Source: Tubulanus polymorphus
Lineage: Eukaryota; Animalia; Nemertea
Direction of reading: 5' to 3'
DNA length: 64,000 nucleotides
NCBI RefSeq assembly: GCF_964204645.1
Contig: NC_134033.1
Coordinates: forward strand, 5,790,231-5,854,230
Below the pieces are notes generated by a model. The model saw only the letters and a program-made list of their open reading frames with translations. It did not search any database and had not been told where the DNA came from. The position numbers and the translations under genes are program-made. This document shows positions 26,511-40,000 of this stretch, in pieces; the stretch's first letter is position 1; each line of letters begins with the position of its first letter.

Positions 26511-27426
26511 GAGCTTCATCAGACGGGTTCATCTAGTAGCAGAATGCAGTAAGCTTCCGGGAAAAATGTTTCCAAGCTATTCTACAAAAGCTTAAAATGT
26601 ACAAAACTCCAGTTTCAAGAACATCTTAATGAAATTGACCTTCAAAATTCGGGAGCAGATTTCTTTCCTGAAATTTCCGTAAAAATCTGGTTTATATATA
26701 TTGTGAGGAGGTTGGGGTAAGCGGAATATTCCGACAGAAATCTAATCTGAGGACGGGAGGGGTTTAGAAGGCAATTCGTGGACAACATGTGGGCTTTGTA
26801 AGTGTGGAAGCTTTTAATCGAATAAGATAATGTTGTTTTTGTTAACGTGTCAATGAGTGAGTAAGGTCCATCCGTATTTGCGGTTAATGTATTTTTCCAT
26901 GAAAACGTTCGTCTTGTACTTCACAAGTATGACGCTGGCCTTTTTGGCCCTAAAAAGGCACAGTGGCCGAGTGGGTTTAGCCAACGGTCACTGGTCAAGT
27001 CGATCAAGGATTTCTGGGTCGTAACCCTGGTAGCGATTGAGTTGCTCTGGCGAAGGTTCTCTGGTCTCTACCCGATTGGGAAAAAAATGACAGTTGTAGA
27101 AAAGTTTTTCATATTTTTCGAGGACATTTACGTATTTTTATATCATCGCACTGAATTAAATTTCTTAACTTTCTGTTTTTTTTCTCGAATAAGAATGCAG
27201 CTTGAAGAGATTCCAAAATCAGACCATTTATTTTACGAATGGAAATTCACGTTTTACCCTCACGATATCGACGTCTTACTTAGACGCCATCATTTCATCA
27301 ATTACGGCGCAATCTTCTGTAATTTAAGGATGACGCTTTTCATCATTTAGCGAAACAGAGTTTCTCACTTATCGATTATGTCTGGATTTTACTACGAAAC
27401 CACCAACAATCGTCTCAAACTCACGA

Positions 27427-27692
27427 TTATAATAATAATGATAATAATAATAATAATGATAATAATAATTTTTCAGCCTAAAATCCATATGATATGCTCA
27501 TTGGCTTTACATCATATATAAAAAGAGAACATAGAAACAATGAAAACTAAAACGAGTCTAATTAAAAGCTTTGATGAACTAATGGGTTTCGGGCCTAGGT
27601 TTAAGAACATCGATTAAAGGACTAGATTTAATCGGACTAGGTGAAGTATTCCAGAGTACTGTGGCAGAGTTCGCGAAGGCTCTTAGTCTATG
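27427..27692 (-). mobile_element. 3' end of an L2/CR1-type LINE with (TTA)n tail
   Basis: Minus-strand translation RAFANSATVLWNTSPSPIKSS resembles the L2/CR1 ORF2 C-terminus; (AAT)n at 27427-27469. Confidence 0.55.
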
Positions 27693-28511
27693 ACTCACAA
27701 CTCAAAACCGACCGAAACTCACAATGAAAAATAGAAAGCAAAAAAAAACAGTTCGAAAGGTTTCATTGGACTATGGTAGCTCATATCGACGTATCGACCA
27801 AAATCCTAATACATGTAGTCATCTTCAGCAATGTAAGAGTTAAAACATAAATATGGGAATACTAGCAAGATACTCGTCTTCGATGGGTTGGTGGATGGGG
27901 AGACATGTATCAGCGTTACAGTAATAAGGAGAATAGGTCATTGAACTTCCTCACTGGTAGGCTTTAGGCTATAGTTCACTAATTTCCTTGCAGAGGAAGA
28001 CAACTTCTGAAATGGCCGATGATGATGTGTAGTTCTAGTTATGATTTTCTTTTACGAAATCTAGTGCCTCCTTGTAATTATTCACATTTTAAACTATGCT
28101 AAAAACCTTCCCGGGTTTGGTTGGGACCAGGAAATCGTCATCACATCAACACGAAACACTCCGCACAATAAAAGTGATCCTCCAAAAACCTCCAACCTTC
28201 TCTGAATAGCAGTTAGCTAATATAGTTGTAAGCATTGAACTGAAACATTTTTGTAACGGTTCTTATGGCGTCAATCACCATCGGGATATCATTATTGTAA
28301 GTCAAAAAATTCAAAACGGACCTATTTGATAATCGCTATCATTGATCGGCGCAGGTTGAGGGATTGAGATGATACGCTTTCTGGTCGATGCTGTTGTAAT
28401 CGCCTTCAAAAATACGCGTCTAAATTATCATCATTATCATTATTCTGCACTAGAAATTCAATACGGATTCGTTCATTCAATAATCGCTCTCTATTGATCG
28501 AGGACGTTTAG

Positions 28512-29531
28512 ATGAAAGGGATCATGAACGCTACCGACATCGCCGCCACTCGCTGTCGATATTCGTCGAAGAGCGCCGTCTGGCTGGTCGTTCTCGCCTA
28601 CGTGTCGACGCCCGTCTGCGCGGTCGGCTTCGCGATGAACGCTCTCAGTTTCGTCGTGCTCAGGCGTCACCGGTCGCGTTCGAACGCTCTGCACCTGCTG
28701 CGACTGTTGGCCGTCGTCGACAACTGTTTCCTGGCGGTGTCCGTGTCGCTGGTGAACGCGCGGCGATTCTACGCGTATTTCAAGCACGCGTCCGAGTTCT
28801 TCTACCTGCCGGACGCGTTCGTCGGGCCGAGGTTCATCGTCTACCTGGCGCCGCCGCATCTGATCCTGCGCATGTTCCGCAACTGGTTGATCGTGTTGAT
28901 CAGCGTCGATCGAGCAATGCACGTCGTCGCGCCGTTGAAGTCGATCGTTCTGTGCAGTCGGAATCGCGTCAACACTGCGGTGGTAGCGATCGCCGCGTTG
29001 AGCGTCGCGATGCACGTGTTCAGATACTGTTGCCGACCGTTGACGATGGAGAAGCCCGACTGCTCGATCGACGACGGGATTCCGTTGCCGATGTTGCGGT
29101 TCCGTAACGATATACCGCGCGTGGTTGACGTGGTCACTTTAAGCGCGTTCGTCATCGTGATACCGTTCTGCCTCCTCGGCGCCACAAACACGATCCTATC
29201 CGTTCGTCTGTTCGCGGCGCGCGCTAAAAGACGGACGATGACCTCGGTCGCGGACGGCGCTAAAAAGACCGGCGGCGCCGATCAAGAACTGCAAGCGACC
29301 TTGCTGGCGTTCGGTATCGTCGTGACGTTTTTGGTTTGCGAAAGCCCGAACAGCGTGGAGCGCATCGTCGAGGCGGTTTTCTACGGCGGTAAGAAATTGC
29401 GCACGCATCCGATGATACAGGTGCTCATACAGTTGGATTCGTGCGTGAACTTCATCGTGTATTCGATGACCAGTCGTAAATTCCGCGTGGTGACCGGGCA
29501 GGTGGTGACTTGTTCGAAAACGCCGCAGTAG
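28512..29531 (+). CDS. Intronless rhodopsin-class GPCR, FMRFamide-receptor-like (339 aa)
   Basis: Seven hydrophobic segments; GFAMN (TM1), LAVVD (TM2), RNWLIVLISVDR (TM3), FLVCESP (TM6), DSCVNFIVY..SRKFR (TM7). Confidence 0.93.
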   Translation: MKGIMNATDIAATRCRYSSKSAVWLVVLAYVSTPVCAVGFAMNALSFVVLRRHRSRSNALHLLRLLAVVDNCFLAVSVSLVNARRFYAYFKHASEFFYLPDAFVGPRFIVYLAPPHLILRMFRNWLIVLISVDRAMHVVAPLKSIVLCSRNRVNTAVVAIAALSVAMHVFRYCCRPLTMEKPDCSIDDGIPLPMLRFRNDIPRVVDVVTLSAFVIVIPFCLLGATNTILSVRLFAARAKRRTMTSVADGAKKTGGADQELQATLLAFGIVVTFLVCESPNSVERIVEAVFYGGKKLRTHPMIQVLIQLDSCVNFIVYSMTSRKFRVVTGQVVTCSKTPQ

Positions 29532-31311
29532 TCGACGGATCTGGCTGACTGAAAGGCGAATCTATTCCGTCAAATCAAATTCGGTTAATTTTGATTGTAT
29601 TGGTCTTGGCATAATCAAATATGGTACAGTTTTTGTTTTTAATTTAACGTGGCTTCAAATTCAAATTGATTTGTCAAACGACCTTCGTATGCGATGTGAT
29701 TCGATTTAAAGATGGCGGACTCGCGGTTTTTTTTCACACGAGAGTTTTGCACTTTTCTTGTTAGCAGTGGACATGATCCTGTTTTCGTAAACCGTGGTAT
29801 CATATCAATTGAACGTCTCCAGTGTTACCATATTGAGAAACCTCCCTGTCCAAGCTCAAATTGTCGAAAAATGATCAAAACTCAAATTAAAACTAGTACC
29901 CATCGTAAAAGAGGAGATATGCTAAAAACCAAGGGCAGTATTTTCTGTTAAACTTTTTTGAACAAATCGTCAAATATATTTTTTTTGCAAATATGACTAG
30001 ATTAGATTACACACGTGACAAGTAAATTATGATTAGGATCAATTCGAATCTGATTTGACAGGATAAATTCGCCTCATACTATTTGAAATTAAATACCACT
30101 CCTTTCAGAGTTGAACCACAACCACAAGTTGCGAAACACAGTCAACCGCCGATACACCGCCCGCCCATGTACCGCCAACCCCGACTACAGCCAGGTTATC
30201 TCGATGTACATCTCAATACAAATACATAGTAAAACACCCCGGAGATTACGCCATACTCGCTATACCGCCAAAACCGCTCGCGCCGATTTGGGTGGTATAT
30301 CGGGCATCCCTAAAACGCGATTTGTCGAGTTCGTTTTGAGTTACATAACTGTACTCGATGAACAAAGCATATGAAAACATTTATTTGGTTCTTTGCTCAA
30401 TCTAACCAACAACTTCCCGAAACGGTATCAATTTTAACGCAGTATATGTTTTCAAGTAACTAGTTCCGAACGAAATTCTAAAATAACTTTAAATGGGAAA
30501 ATTTAGCTTACTCTGAATATTTGTTCTAAATGAATATGTCCCCCGAACGCTTGCGTATGTATAAGCAGGTTTGAAGCCGCCATCGATTTGAAGCGAGGGT
30601 TGACGGTATCGCGGTACACCGATACAAAACTCGTTTAATTTTCAATTTTTAGACGTTATGTTCAATTAATTTAATCTAACTTTGTTCGTCGAACATATTT
30701 GAATAATGTATGCATGAACGTATTTTGATCATCGGCAAGAAATTAGCGAACGTAACAAGTGATTTTAACTATCGAAAACGAAAATTAAACGGATCGGAAA
30801 TTCATGTTTCCCCCGAGGACGTTGTTCGTTAGATTTATGAATGTTTCTATGACGAGTCGATGCGCTTCACACCCGAAATAACATCTACATATGAAAACGC
30901 AGGTTGACTGAGGGATAGATTGAAACAAAGCTTTATTTCGCAAAACGATAATACACAATCATCATAGAGGTTTACACGAACGTTATTTTTGCAATTATAA
31001 TGATCATACTAAATTGTTAAAATTGCACATACGAACGTAGTAAGAGCCTCCCAAACCCCATCACCACCTACTGCGCACGAGTCTCCTATTATGTATAAGT
31101 CAATATTGAAGTTATACTACAGTTTTCTTAATCATATCTGACGAATTAGAAGATGTAGATTTCGAAGAAGAAAAAAAATCGAAATGTGTATAACAGCTGA
31201 ATTATTAACTTTTTTGGTATCATTTCATGACTCGAAAATGTTGACAGCGTTTTATCTTCAAATAGTTAAAAACATAATCTCGTTTATTTCAAATTTCTGC
31301 AATCGATATGT

Positions 31312-31356
31312 TTCTCGACATTTCGGCTAAATACTATTAGCCATCATCAGGCGTAC
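31312..31356 (-). ncRNA. Degenerate minimal hammerhead-ribozyme-like motif (Penelope-type)
   Basis: Minus strand reads CTGATGA-T-GGCTAA-TAGTAT-TTAGCC-GAAA-TGTC; near-identical motif on the plus strand at ~56193-56240. Confidence 0.45.
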
Positions 31357-31462
31357 TGAACGTTGCGTTTGATTACACTTTCCATGATTGTACTATGCAC
31401 ATATCTTGACTATTGTTAACTTCAAACCCTTCACAATAAATTGATCAGTAGAAAATACATGA

Positions 31463-33044
31463 TTACAAAACTTTCAGGTTTCTGAATCTAGACTGATCTT
31501 TATAGATGATTTCATCAGTGGCTTGTTGCCATTTATCGACTGCAATCAGATCTGTATTATATAAACGACATTTGACGATGTTATTTTGTCTTTTGATGAC
31601 AAACAAATCACAATCGCGATTCATAAGACATTTCGAAGCGCACAGAATTTCATACGCTGTTCTTGTGACCGGTTCGAGTGTGTTGATGTCAGGCGAAGGT
31701 AGATTCTTTGACGCGGTATCCATAACAAAATCTACAAAATATTCGCCAACATTGAAACTAACGGTAGATTTTTTTGCAAAAATAAAGTAGCTCTCCACCG
31801 GCAAATATATAAAAAACAAACAATGGAAATGTTAAATTCAACTTTTTCTTATATATTTTGAGTCTTAGGGATATATAGAATAAAGTATGAACACTTTCCA
31901 GCACTTCGAAGATTTTACCTAATCGAAAGCTTACCGAAATCTTTCTGAAAATACGGTACATTTTAGAATCAAAATTGCTTAAGTCGACTCTAAGCTGTAC
32001 CATATAGGCGCTTTTCCGAATTTAACCCGGCGCTCGCTACGGAGCCTGCGATTAGACCGAATATTCGGGTAAAACAGGCGGGGTTTACATACCTAACTCA
32101 TCTACACGTTCGCAGTACCATTCCACATAGTCATACTCTGTCCATACTTTGAACAAATCAGGCCGAGTGAATCTATTTTCGGGCAGAATATAACAGAATT
32201 TTGATGGTCGGTGATAGTGAGACGATCTACAGAGAAACTCTGTATGCTTCCCGCATGTATTCATACACTGTCTTAGAGTAGGAGCCGTGACGCCATTTAT
32301 ATCTGGTCCCAATCCCATCCCTACGAAAATGTTCCATCGCAGCCTTTGCCGGGGTCCACATGTGTCTAGAAAGAAATCATTGGAAAACATTTTTCGATTT
32401 CGAAGAGGCAGTAAAATAAATCGTGGTGAAATCTGACGACACACGTGATCAATATTGTCATCTAACTTAAAAGTAAATTCATAACTTTCTTATCAAGCGG
32501 CGCGCTAAATCAATATATTACATGTTATGAATATAAAGATGCATTTCTATTGAAATACTTAAAACGTAGGAAGTTCCTTCGAAGGGCCATTGAACGTTTG
32601 AATTTCACAATAAGATCTATGTCATGTTCAGGCTCTTGTTCCGATATCTTAACTCGACTGACATCTTGTGTATTTCAGATGGTAGTCTAAAGACGGCGGA
32701 ATAGGAGATAGTAAATAAGTTGTTGATATTAGTTGTCAAATGATAGTTCCTCTCGGACCAGGTCTGTATAACTGCGATGGATAAATAGATCTGTAGACTA
32801 TACTGGAACCAGTTCCAAAGTTGCGATTAAAGATTTGACTCAGAGTTAACTCATCGTAAGTGAACTAATTCTAACTCAGAGTTAACTCTATAACTCATGA
32901 GTGTCGAACTGGATCCTGTCTTAGATTTAAACTTACTTTAAAATTGACCGCACATAATCAATTAGTAAGTCTCTTACCGATCGCTTGTTCGGCTCCACTG
33001 AGAAAACTGGAGTTTAAAATCAAAATCACGCACAAAACCAACAT
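31463..33044 (-). CDS. Secreted double PAN/apple-domain protein, copy 1 (202 aa)
   Basis: Exons 33044-32978 (MLVLCVILILNSSFLSGAEQAI, signal peptide), 32365-32093 (TLRQCMNTC..FLCRSSHY..FCYI..YDYVEWYC) and 31731-31463 (ILCASKCLMNRDCDLF..KCRLY); all junctions phase 1 GT-AG. Confidence 0.82.
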
Positions 33045-33550
33045 TATGACAATCTCTATGCGTGGTATCCGATCACAAGTTTTATTTCGACTGATTTGTA
33101 GCCTGTTAGTGTTTTATTGATAAAACCGACCAGAGCAATATCATTAATGAAATCGTTGATGCTGTACGATTAGCAGATTCGTCACGCCTCAAAACGCTGA
33201 GTGTTTTTAGCAATTACTTTCGTAATAAACATCACAGCGACCGGCGCAGCCTAGAGACCATCGACACGGTCCATGTGATCAATGGTTTTTTAAACCAATC
33301 AACAATACCAACAGATGAAAATTGAAATAAAAAAATGCGTGAATAACCAAATTTGTAATGTCGATCATGGAAGAATAATTTTTCGAAATTTGGGAATTCA
33401 ATGACGACAATGATAGTAATGTTGTGTCTTATTTAGCGCTAAATCAAGGGAAGCTGCTCAGAGCGCTTTACTTTCCAGTATCTTTACTATATCTTGACTA
33501 TTGTTAACTTCAAACCCTTCACAATAAATTGATCAGTAGAAAATACATGA

Positions 33551-35134
33551 TTACAAAACTTTCAGGTTTCTGAATCTAGACTGATCTTTATAGATGATTT
33601 CATCAGTGGCTTGTTGCCATTTATCGACTGCAATCAGATCTGTATTATATAAACGACATTTGACGATGTTATTTTGTCTTTTGATGACAAACAAATCACA
33701 ATCGCGATTCATAAGACATTTCGAAGCGCACAGAATTTCATACGCTGTTCTTGTGACCGGTTCGAGTGTGTTGATGTCAGGCGAAGGTAGATTCTTTGAC
33801 GCGGTATCCATAACAAAATCTACAAAATATTCGCCAACATTGAAACTAACGGTAGATTTTTTTGCAAAAATAAAGTAGCTCTCCACCGGCAAATATATAA
33901 AAAACAAACAATGGAAATGTTAAATTCAACTTTTTCTTATATATTTTGAGTCTTAGGGATATATAGAATAAAGTATGAACACTTTCCAGCACTTCGAAGA
34001 TTTTACCTAATCGAAAGCTTACCGAAATCTTTCTGAAAATACGGTACATTTTAGAATCAAAATTGCTTAAGTCGACTCTAAGCTGTACCATATAGGCGCT
34101 TTTCCGAATTTAACCCGGCGCTCGCTACGGAGCCTGCGATTAGACCGAATATTCGGGTAAAACAGGCGGGGTTTACATACCTAACTCATCTACACGTTCG
34201 CAGTACCATTCCACATAGTCATACTCTGTCCATACTTTGAACAAATCAGGCCGAGTGAATCTATTTTCGGGCAGAATATAACAGAATTTTGATGGTCGGT
34301 GATAGTGAGACGATCTACAGAGAAACTCTGTATGCTTCCCGCATGTATTCATACACTGTCTTAGAGTAGGAGCCGTGACGCCATTTATATCTGGTCCCAA
34401 TCCCATCCCTACGAAAATGTTCCATCGCAGCCTTTGCCGGGGTCCACATGTGTCTAGAAAGAAATCATTGGAAAACATTTTTCGATTTCGAAGAGGCAGT
34501 AAAATAAATCGTGGTGAAATCTGACGACACACGTGATCAATATTGTCATCTAACTTAAAAGTAAATTCATAACTTTCTTATCAAGCGGCGCGCTAAATCA
34601 ATATATTACATGTTATGAATATAAAGATGCATTTCTATTGAAATACTTAAAACGTAGGAAGTTCCTTCGAAGGGCCATTGAACGTTTGAATTTCACAATA
34701 AGATCTATGTCATGTTCAGGCTCTTGTTCCGATATCTTAACTCGACTGACATCTTGTGTATTTCAGATGGTAGTCTAAAGACGGCGGAATAGGAGATAGT
34801 AAATAAGTTGTTGATATTAGTTGTCAAATGATAGTTCCTCTCGGACCAGGTCTGTATAACTGCGATGGATAAATAGATCTGTAGACTATACTGGAACCAG
34901 TTCCAAAGTTGCGATTAAAGATTTGACTCAGAGTTAACTCATCGTAAGTGAACTAATTCTAACTCAGAGAGTTAACTCTATAACTCATGAGTGTCGAACT
35001 GGATCCTGTATTAGATTTAAACTTACTTTAAAATTGACCGCACATAATCAATTAGTAAGTCTCTTACCGATCGCTTGTTCGGCTCCACTGAGAAAACTGG
35101 AGTTTAAAATCAAAATCACGCACAAAACCAACAT
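33551..35134 (-). CDS. Secreted double PAN/apple-domain protein, copy 2
   Basis: Exons 35134-35068, 34453-34181 and 33819-33551; coding sequence appears identical to copy 1. Confidence 0.8.
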
Positions 35135-36179
35135 TATGACAATCTCTATGCGTGGTATCCGATCACAAGTTTTATTTCGACTGATTTGTAGCCTGTTAGT
35201 GTTTTATTGATAAAACCGACCAGAGCAATATCATTAATGAAATCGTTGATGCTGTACGATTAGCAGATTCGTCACGCCTCAAAACGCTGAGTGTTTTTAG
35301 CAATTACTTTCGTAATAAACATCACAGCGACCGGCGCAGCCTAGAGATCATCGACACGGTCCATGTGATGAATGGTTTTTTAAACCAATCAACAATACCA
35401 ACAGATGAAAATTGAAATAAAAAATGCGTGAATAACCAAATTTGTAATGTCGATCATGGAAGAATAATTTTTCGAAATTTGGGAATTCAATGACGACAAT
35501 GATAATAATGTTGTGTCTTATTTAGCGTTAAATCAAGGGAAGCTGCTCAGAGCGCTTTACTTTCCAGTATCTTTATTTCCAGCCTGTAAACTCTGACCTT
35601 TTATCGGTCATCTCTCCCTGGAGATGTAACATCCGAGCAACTAGTCACCAGTTTCGAGGATCTTATTCTTAGCATTGGTCAATTTCACTATACACGCGCG
35701 TTAATGTCCAAACGCAGTATGCGATTTGGTGAGTTGAATCAAAAAAGTGTTTTGTCAATTAAAAAGATATATTTTCAAACTAAATCGATTGAGGCAAAAG
35801 ATATATCAAATAACTCAATAAGGGGTCAACGAAGTGGCCTCGGGGAATATTTACCAGATTGATAGCCTGTCGGGGATCCCACTCAGTCGTCTAACCTATT
35901 CTTCCAGTCGGAATGAAAACATGTAGAACTAATAGAATTGTTGTCTTTTTTCCAGATCAGTCGTTCCTCACCGACCCGATCGATACCAACGACGTGTGGC
36001 TGACTAAACTAACACACTTTCGACGAAAGACCTTTCGAAATTCATGACGCATCAAACAGAGGTTAGTGGTGAGTAGATGTGTTCTTATTTGATACTGGAT
36101 CTAACTGACTATACAATGTATATGTATCGAGTCAAATTGAAAATTGATGGCGGTCTTCGTGTTTTCTTCAGATTTCTTC

Positions 36180-36345
36180 TTCCGGACCCGTTCGCTGTTA
36201 ATATGGGTGGACTCACATACACAGTGGACTGCAGACCGCAAACCTTCCTCGGGAACTGATTGCTGTTAATATTAGCGGACCAAACCCACACATGCACAGT
36301 GGACTGCAGACCTACCCAACTTCTTCGGGACCTGATTGCTGTCAA
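36180..36345. repeat. Short ~75-bp tandem repeat (just over 2 units)
   Basis: 'gctgttaatat..cacagtggactgcagacc..cttc.tcggga.ctgattgctgt' is repeated. Confidence 0.7.
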
Positions 36346-37028
36346 TGCGCTATTACCGAATATATTGGCCCGACGGATGTTAGTATGCTTGGATAATCAC
36401 ATCTTCCAATGATTAATATCTGATTGAAATCATCCATCATAAGCTCCACTCATGAATTGGTAAGTTAACTATATATATGGTTTGGGTTAGTCGGGCTTAG
36501 TATGTGTTAAACAGATGGATCCTCGTTACAGCAAACTCGAAATGGTCTTAGTCATAGGTGATTTTTTTAGTAAAGAAAGCTTCAAATTCATTGGGTGCAA
36601 TGGTTCTAAAATTAGTATTTGGGTTTAACGATTTGGGTTGACAATTCGATATACAACGAATTATGAAGCGTCTAAATAGATAACCATCTTTCGGATGAAG
36701 CAAACCTTTAATTGATACCATCAAAAAATATTGTTTTTCAATGTGAAGAGCGGTGTGGCCGAGTATTTTGAGCGCTCAACTCTCGGTGGCCAGGTCGAGG
36801 GTTAGAACCCCATACATTACCGTAGGCTATGGAGTGTACGAAAGCTTTAGCGGAGGGCCTCGAATATCTTTTTGCTCCGGTTTTAATGCAGATACAACGA
36901 TGGAAATCTGAGAATACATTGAAATGTTCAACTTAAATCTATAGTTTTAGAAGTTCAAACTTTATTCCCTAAATTCGACTAAACTACATTTTACGAAGTC
37001 ATAATACAAACACGGGGTTGGGTGTCGA

Positions 37029-40000
37029 CTAATCGCATCTACCGAAAAGACGGTCACGCGGGCAGTTTCTCGACACTGTTTCGATGCCTCTCTGGTCGGT
37101 ACCCGGGCTGCATTGATGAATCGGGTTGATGCGGAGTCTGGTGTCTCGCTTGCAGAATCTGCTTCGTGTGGAAACGCAGTCGGAATTGCACGGAGTCCAA
37201 GGCGTCCATGGGGACATGTTGCCGAGTGAGCCCACTATATAAGACATATTGAAATTCCTGATTAGCTCATTTATAACACATAATTAGGCTATCTACTGTG
37301 GCTATCGAGGGTTTTACTTATGTAAAGTGAGAATCCACTAGACGTACTAGTGTGCATAAAATGCTGCTCTGGCAATGTAGGATTTCGCTAAGTGACAGAT
37401 GAGAAGTAGAACATCAGTTACTCTGGCAATAGAGGATTCTAATTGTGGCAAGCGAGGAACCACCAGGTGTCACTAGTACGCAATATGATATCATTTCCTG
37501 AATTCTTTTCAGATTCGATTAAAATTTATCGAAATTCGCTTTTCATCAAATTCATTGAACGAACTGTAAACATTGTGACTTATATGACTCAAATATGTCA
37601 AAATGAAGTAATTGCCTGAAATTTGAAAATCCGAATGGAAGAATTTCATTTTGACTGAATATGTACGTCCTGGCATTCGAGCCACCATCTACAGGGTAAA
37701 ACAGTTACAACTTACAGTTTTCAGAGCATCCATACAGCTGGTTGATACCAACAAGTTCCGCTACGCTCAATTCATCTAGTTAAAAGAAAAAAATGTTCTT
37801 TAAAATAAAAGGTATACATCAAAATATATGATGGCATATAATTCAAATCAGCTTCAGCAGAAATGGCAACGAAACGAATCGAATTGGGATTTCGTATTTC
37901 GAATTTCGTCGTAGAAATGTATGTAGATGAGACATTCATGATGATCATTTTGGCATCAATTAATTAATTCCTTACTTAAATACATGATTGAAATAGGAAA
38001 TTGATGATAGAAATGTGATTCCGTACAATCAGTACGGAAGTTCAGGCCCGTTGAGAAAAAGGTAGATCAACGCTTATACTGAGTAACCTATTTTTATCGC
38101 GTTTCGACTATCGTTTAAGATGAATGTTAGTTGAGTACTGCTTACCTCTGGTGATGTAATCTCGAGTAAGATGAACGTATTTGTCTACGTTAGGTTTGCT
38201 CTGCGCGTCAGTGAATCCTTCATGAAAAACAAAACAAAGAAAATCATTTTCTAGACGCCAACACGACGAGTCGTTTTTATTACGTATGAGATTCTGGATC
38301 CAGATCCAACATAGGGCTGAATTCACGAAAGCTTGCAAAGCGCAGACAGGAAACTAAACTTACTGCCTTCTAAACATCGGCAATTAACTAAGCTTAATGG
38401 TTATTTTAGGGGGCCTACAATATTGGTCACCTCTTCCCATGAACATACTTCATAAGAAAATGATAGCATACATGGTTCATCGGGGGCTTTGAAATTCAGT
38501 GAAACGCTGACGATGGTCGCCTTTCTGGTGAGCTTTTCAACATGATTTCGATATTTAAGTCAAGTTGTTAAATGATTTAAACTGCCAAATATCGACCTGT
38601 GACACGACCAACTAGTGGCGAGAATGGCCAACTGTGTCATTAAGATATGTCATTAAGGTAGTTGAGTCCAAACCTCTCCCTCGATGACCTTAACGGTATA
38701 CGGGAGCTTTTGAAAACTTTTTCACTTTTGAATATATGTGTTCCACTTTTGAATATATGTGTATTTTTCAGAACGGGTTATATAATCTTTTGAATGACGA
38801 AGTCAGAGTGTAATGAATATATTATTCAAATCATCCACTCCAGACCTACGAGTTGTAGTCGGTGTAATGAAACGACTGTATGACAGCATTGGAGATGATA
38901 AAGCTCAATGAGACACACAATCTAATAGAAATCAGGTTATGAGGTCATGGCCTCGACGGAAACAATTGGATAACGTCGTCAGCTGTCAGATGACCTGGAC
39001 GACGGAAGAGCTTAAAATCTAGAACTTGCTAAATGATATTGGCTTGCCGCAGGTGCTTCATACGCCTAAATTTATGAAATAATATTGCCTACCCTTATAT
39101 TTATATTGATTCATATCATTGATGCAATGAAAATATATATTTACAGATTTCAAGCAACTTCTATCTTGTACACGTACCTAGCGCATGCGTAACGGCATGA
39201 ATGACGATTCCTTTGAACGCGCAGTCGGCTCCGAGTGAAACTACTTGGGCTCCTTCCTCGTCGGCTTTTCCCACGTGAGTGGCGCATCTAAAAATAACGA
39301 ATTTCATTTCTCATTTTATCAAATCTTATTCTACAACAACTTGACAAGTATGCTGCGAATAGAGATTTCATAAGATAATTATTTCAAAATTAAGCATGAA
39401 GAATACGTTCACGAAATAGATTTCGTTTTAGATTATATTGGTTTAAGTAGCTAGTTCAACCGTTTCAGGGGTTACGTTTCAGTCAAAAGTTAAAGTTTAT
39501 TTATTCTTATGCTTTAAACCAAACCGATCTATTAAAATCTAGAAAACTAGTTTGTTCGCAGTTCGATAAAAATGTTCTCGGAATTTAATGCAAATCTTGG
39601 AAAAAATTTTCTATCCAAATTGAAACCAGCCTTTATGATTCGTAGGTTTAGGTAAGTTAACGAACCCAACTCCGTTGGAGAATTTCAACCAGCTCGAGTC
39701 CTTCTTTTTGCTTCGTCGGAATTTCACGCAGGTTTTCTCTGTAAGTTCTTCCATTGAAGCCTTGATCATTTTCTTCACATCTAGACACGAAAAAATAAAC
39801 CACACGTTCGTTAACAAATTCATTCAGCTCAGTTGTACCGTAGTGAATGAAGTTTATGAGCAATCTTATAACCTAGGGACTGGTCGTAAGATATTGGATT
39901 GAGAACCAAAACAATCTTAGATTTTTCTTAAGTTGTAAGATTGATTATACAACCAAAATGACCTTAGACTGGTCTCAAGTTGTGAGATTTTGGAACTAAA

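Larger units (their letters stand above)
31401..35575. repeat. Near-perfect tandem duplication, unit 2088 bp
   Basis: 31401-33488 is repeated at 33489-35575; I saw about 7 small differences, all non-coding. Confidence 0.97.

Noticed and set aside
28491-29408. Antisense ORFs over the GC-rich GPCR
   Set aside because: Shadow ORFs expected from GC-rich codon usage.
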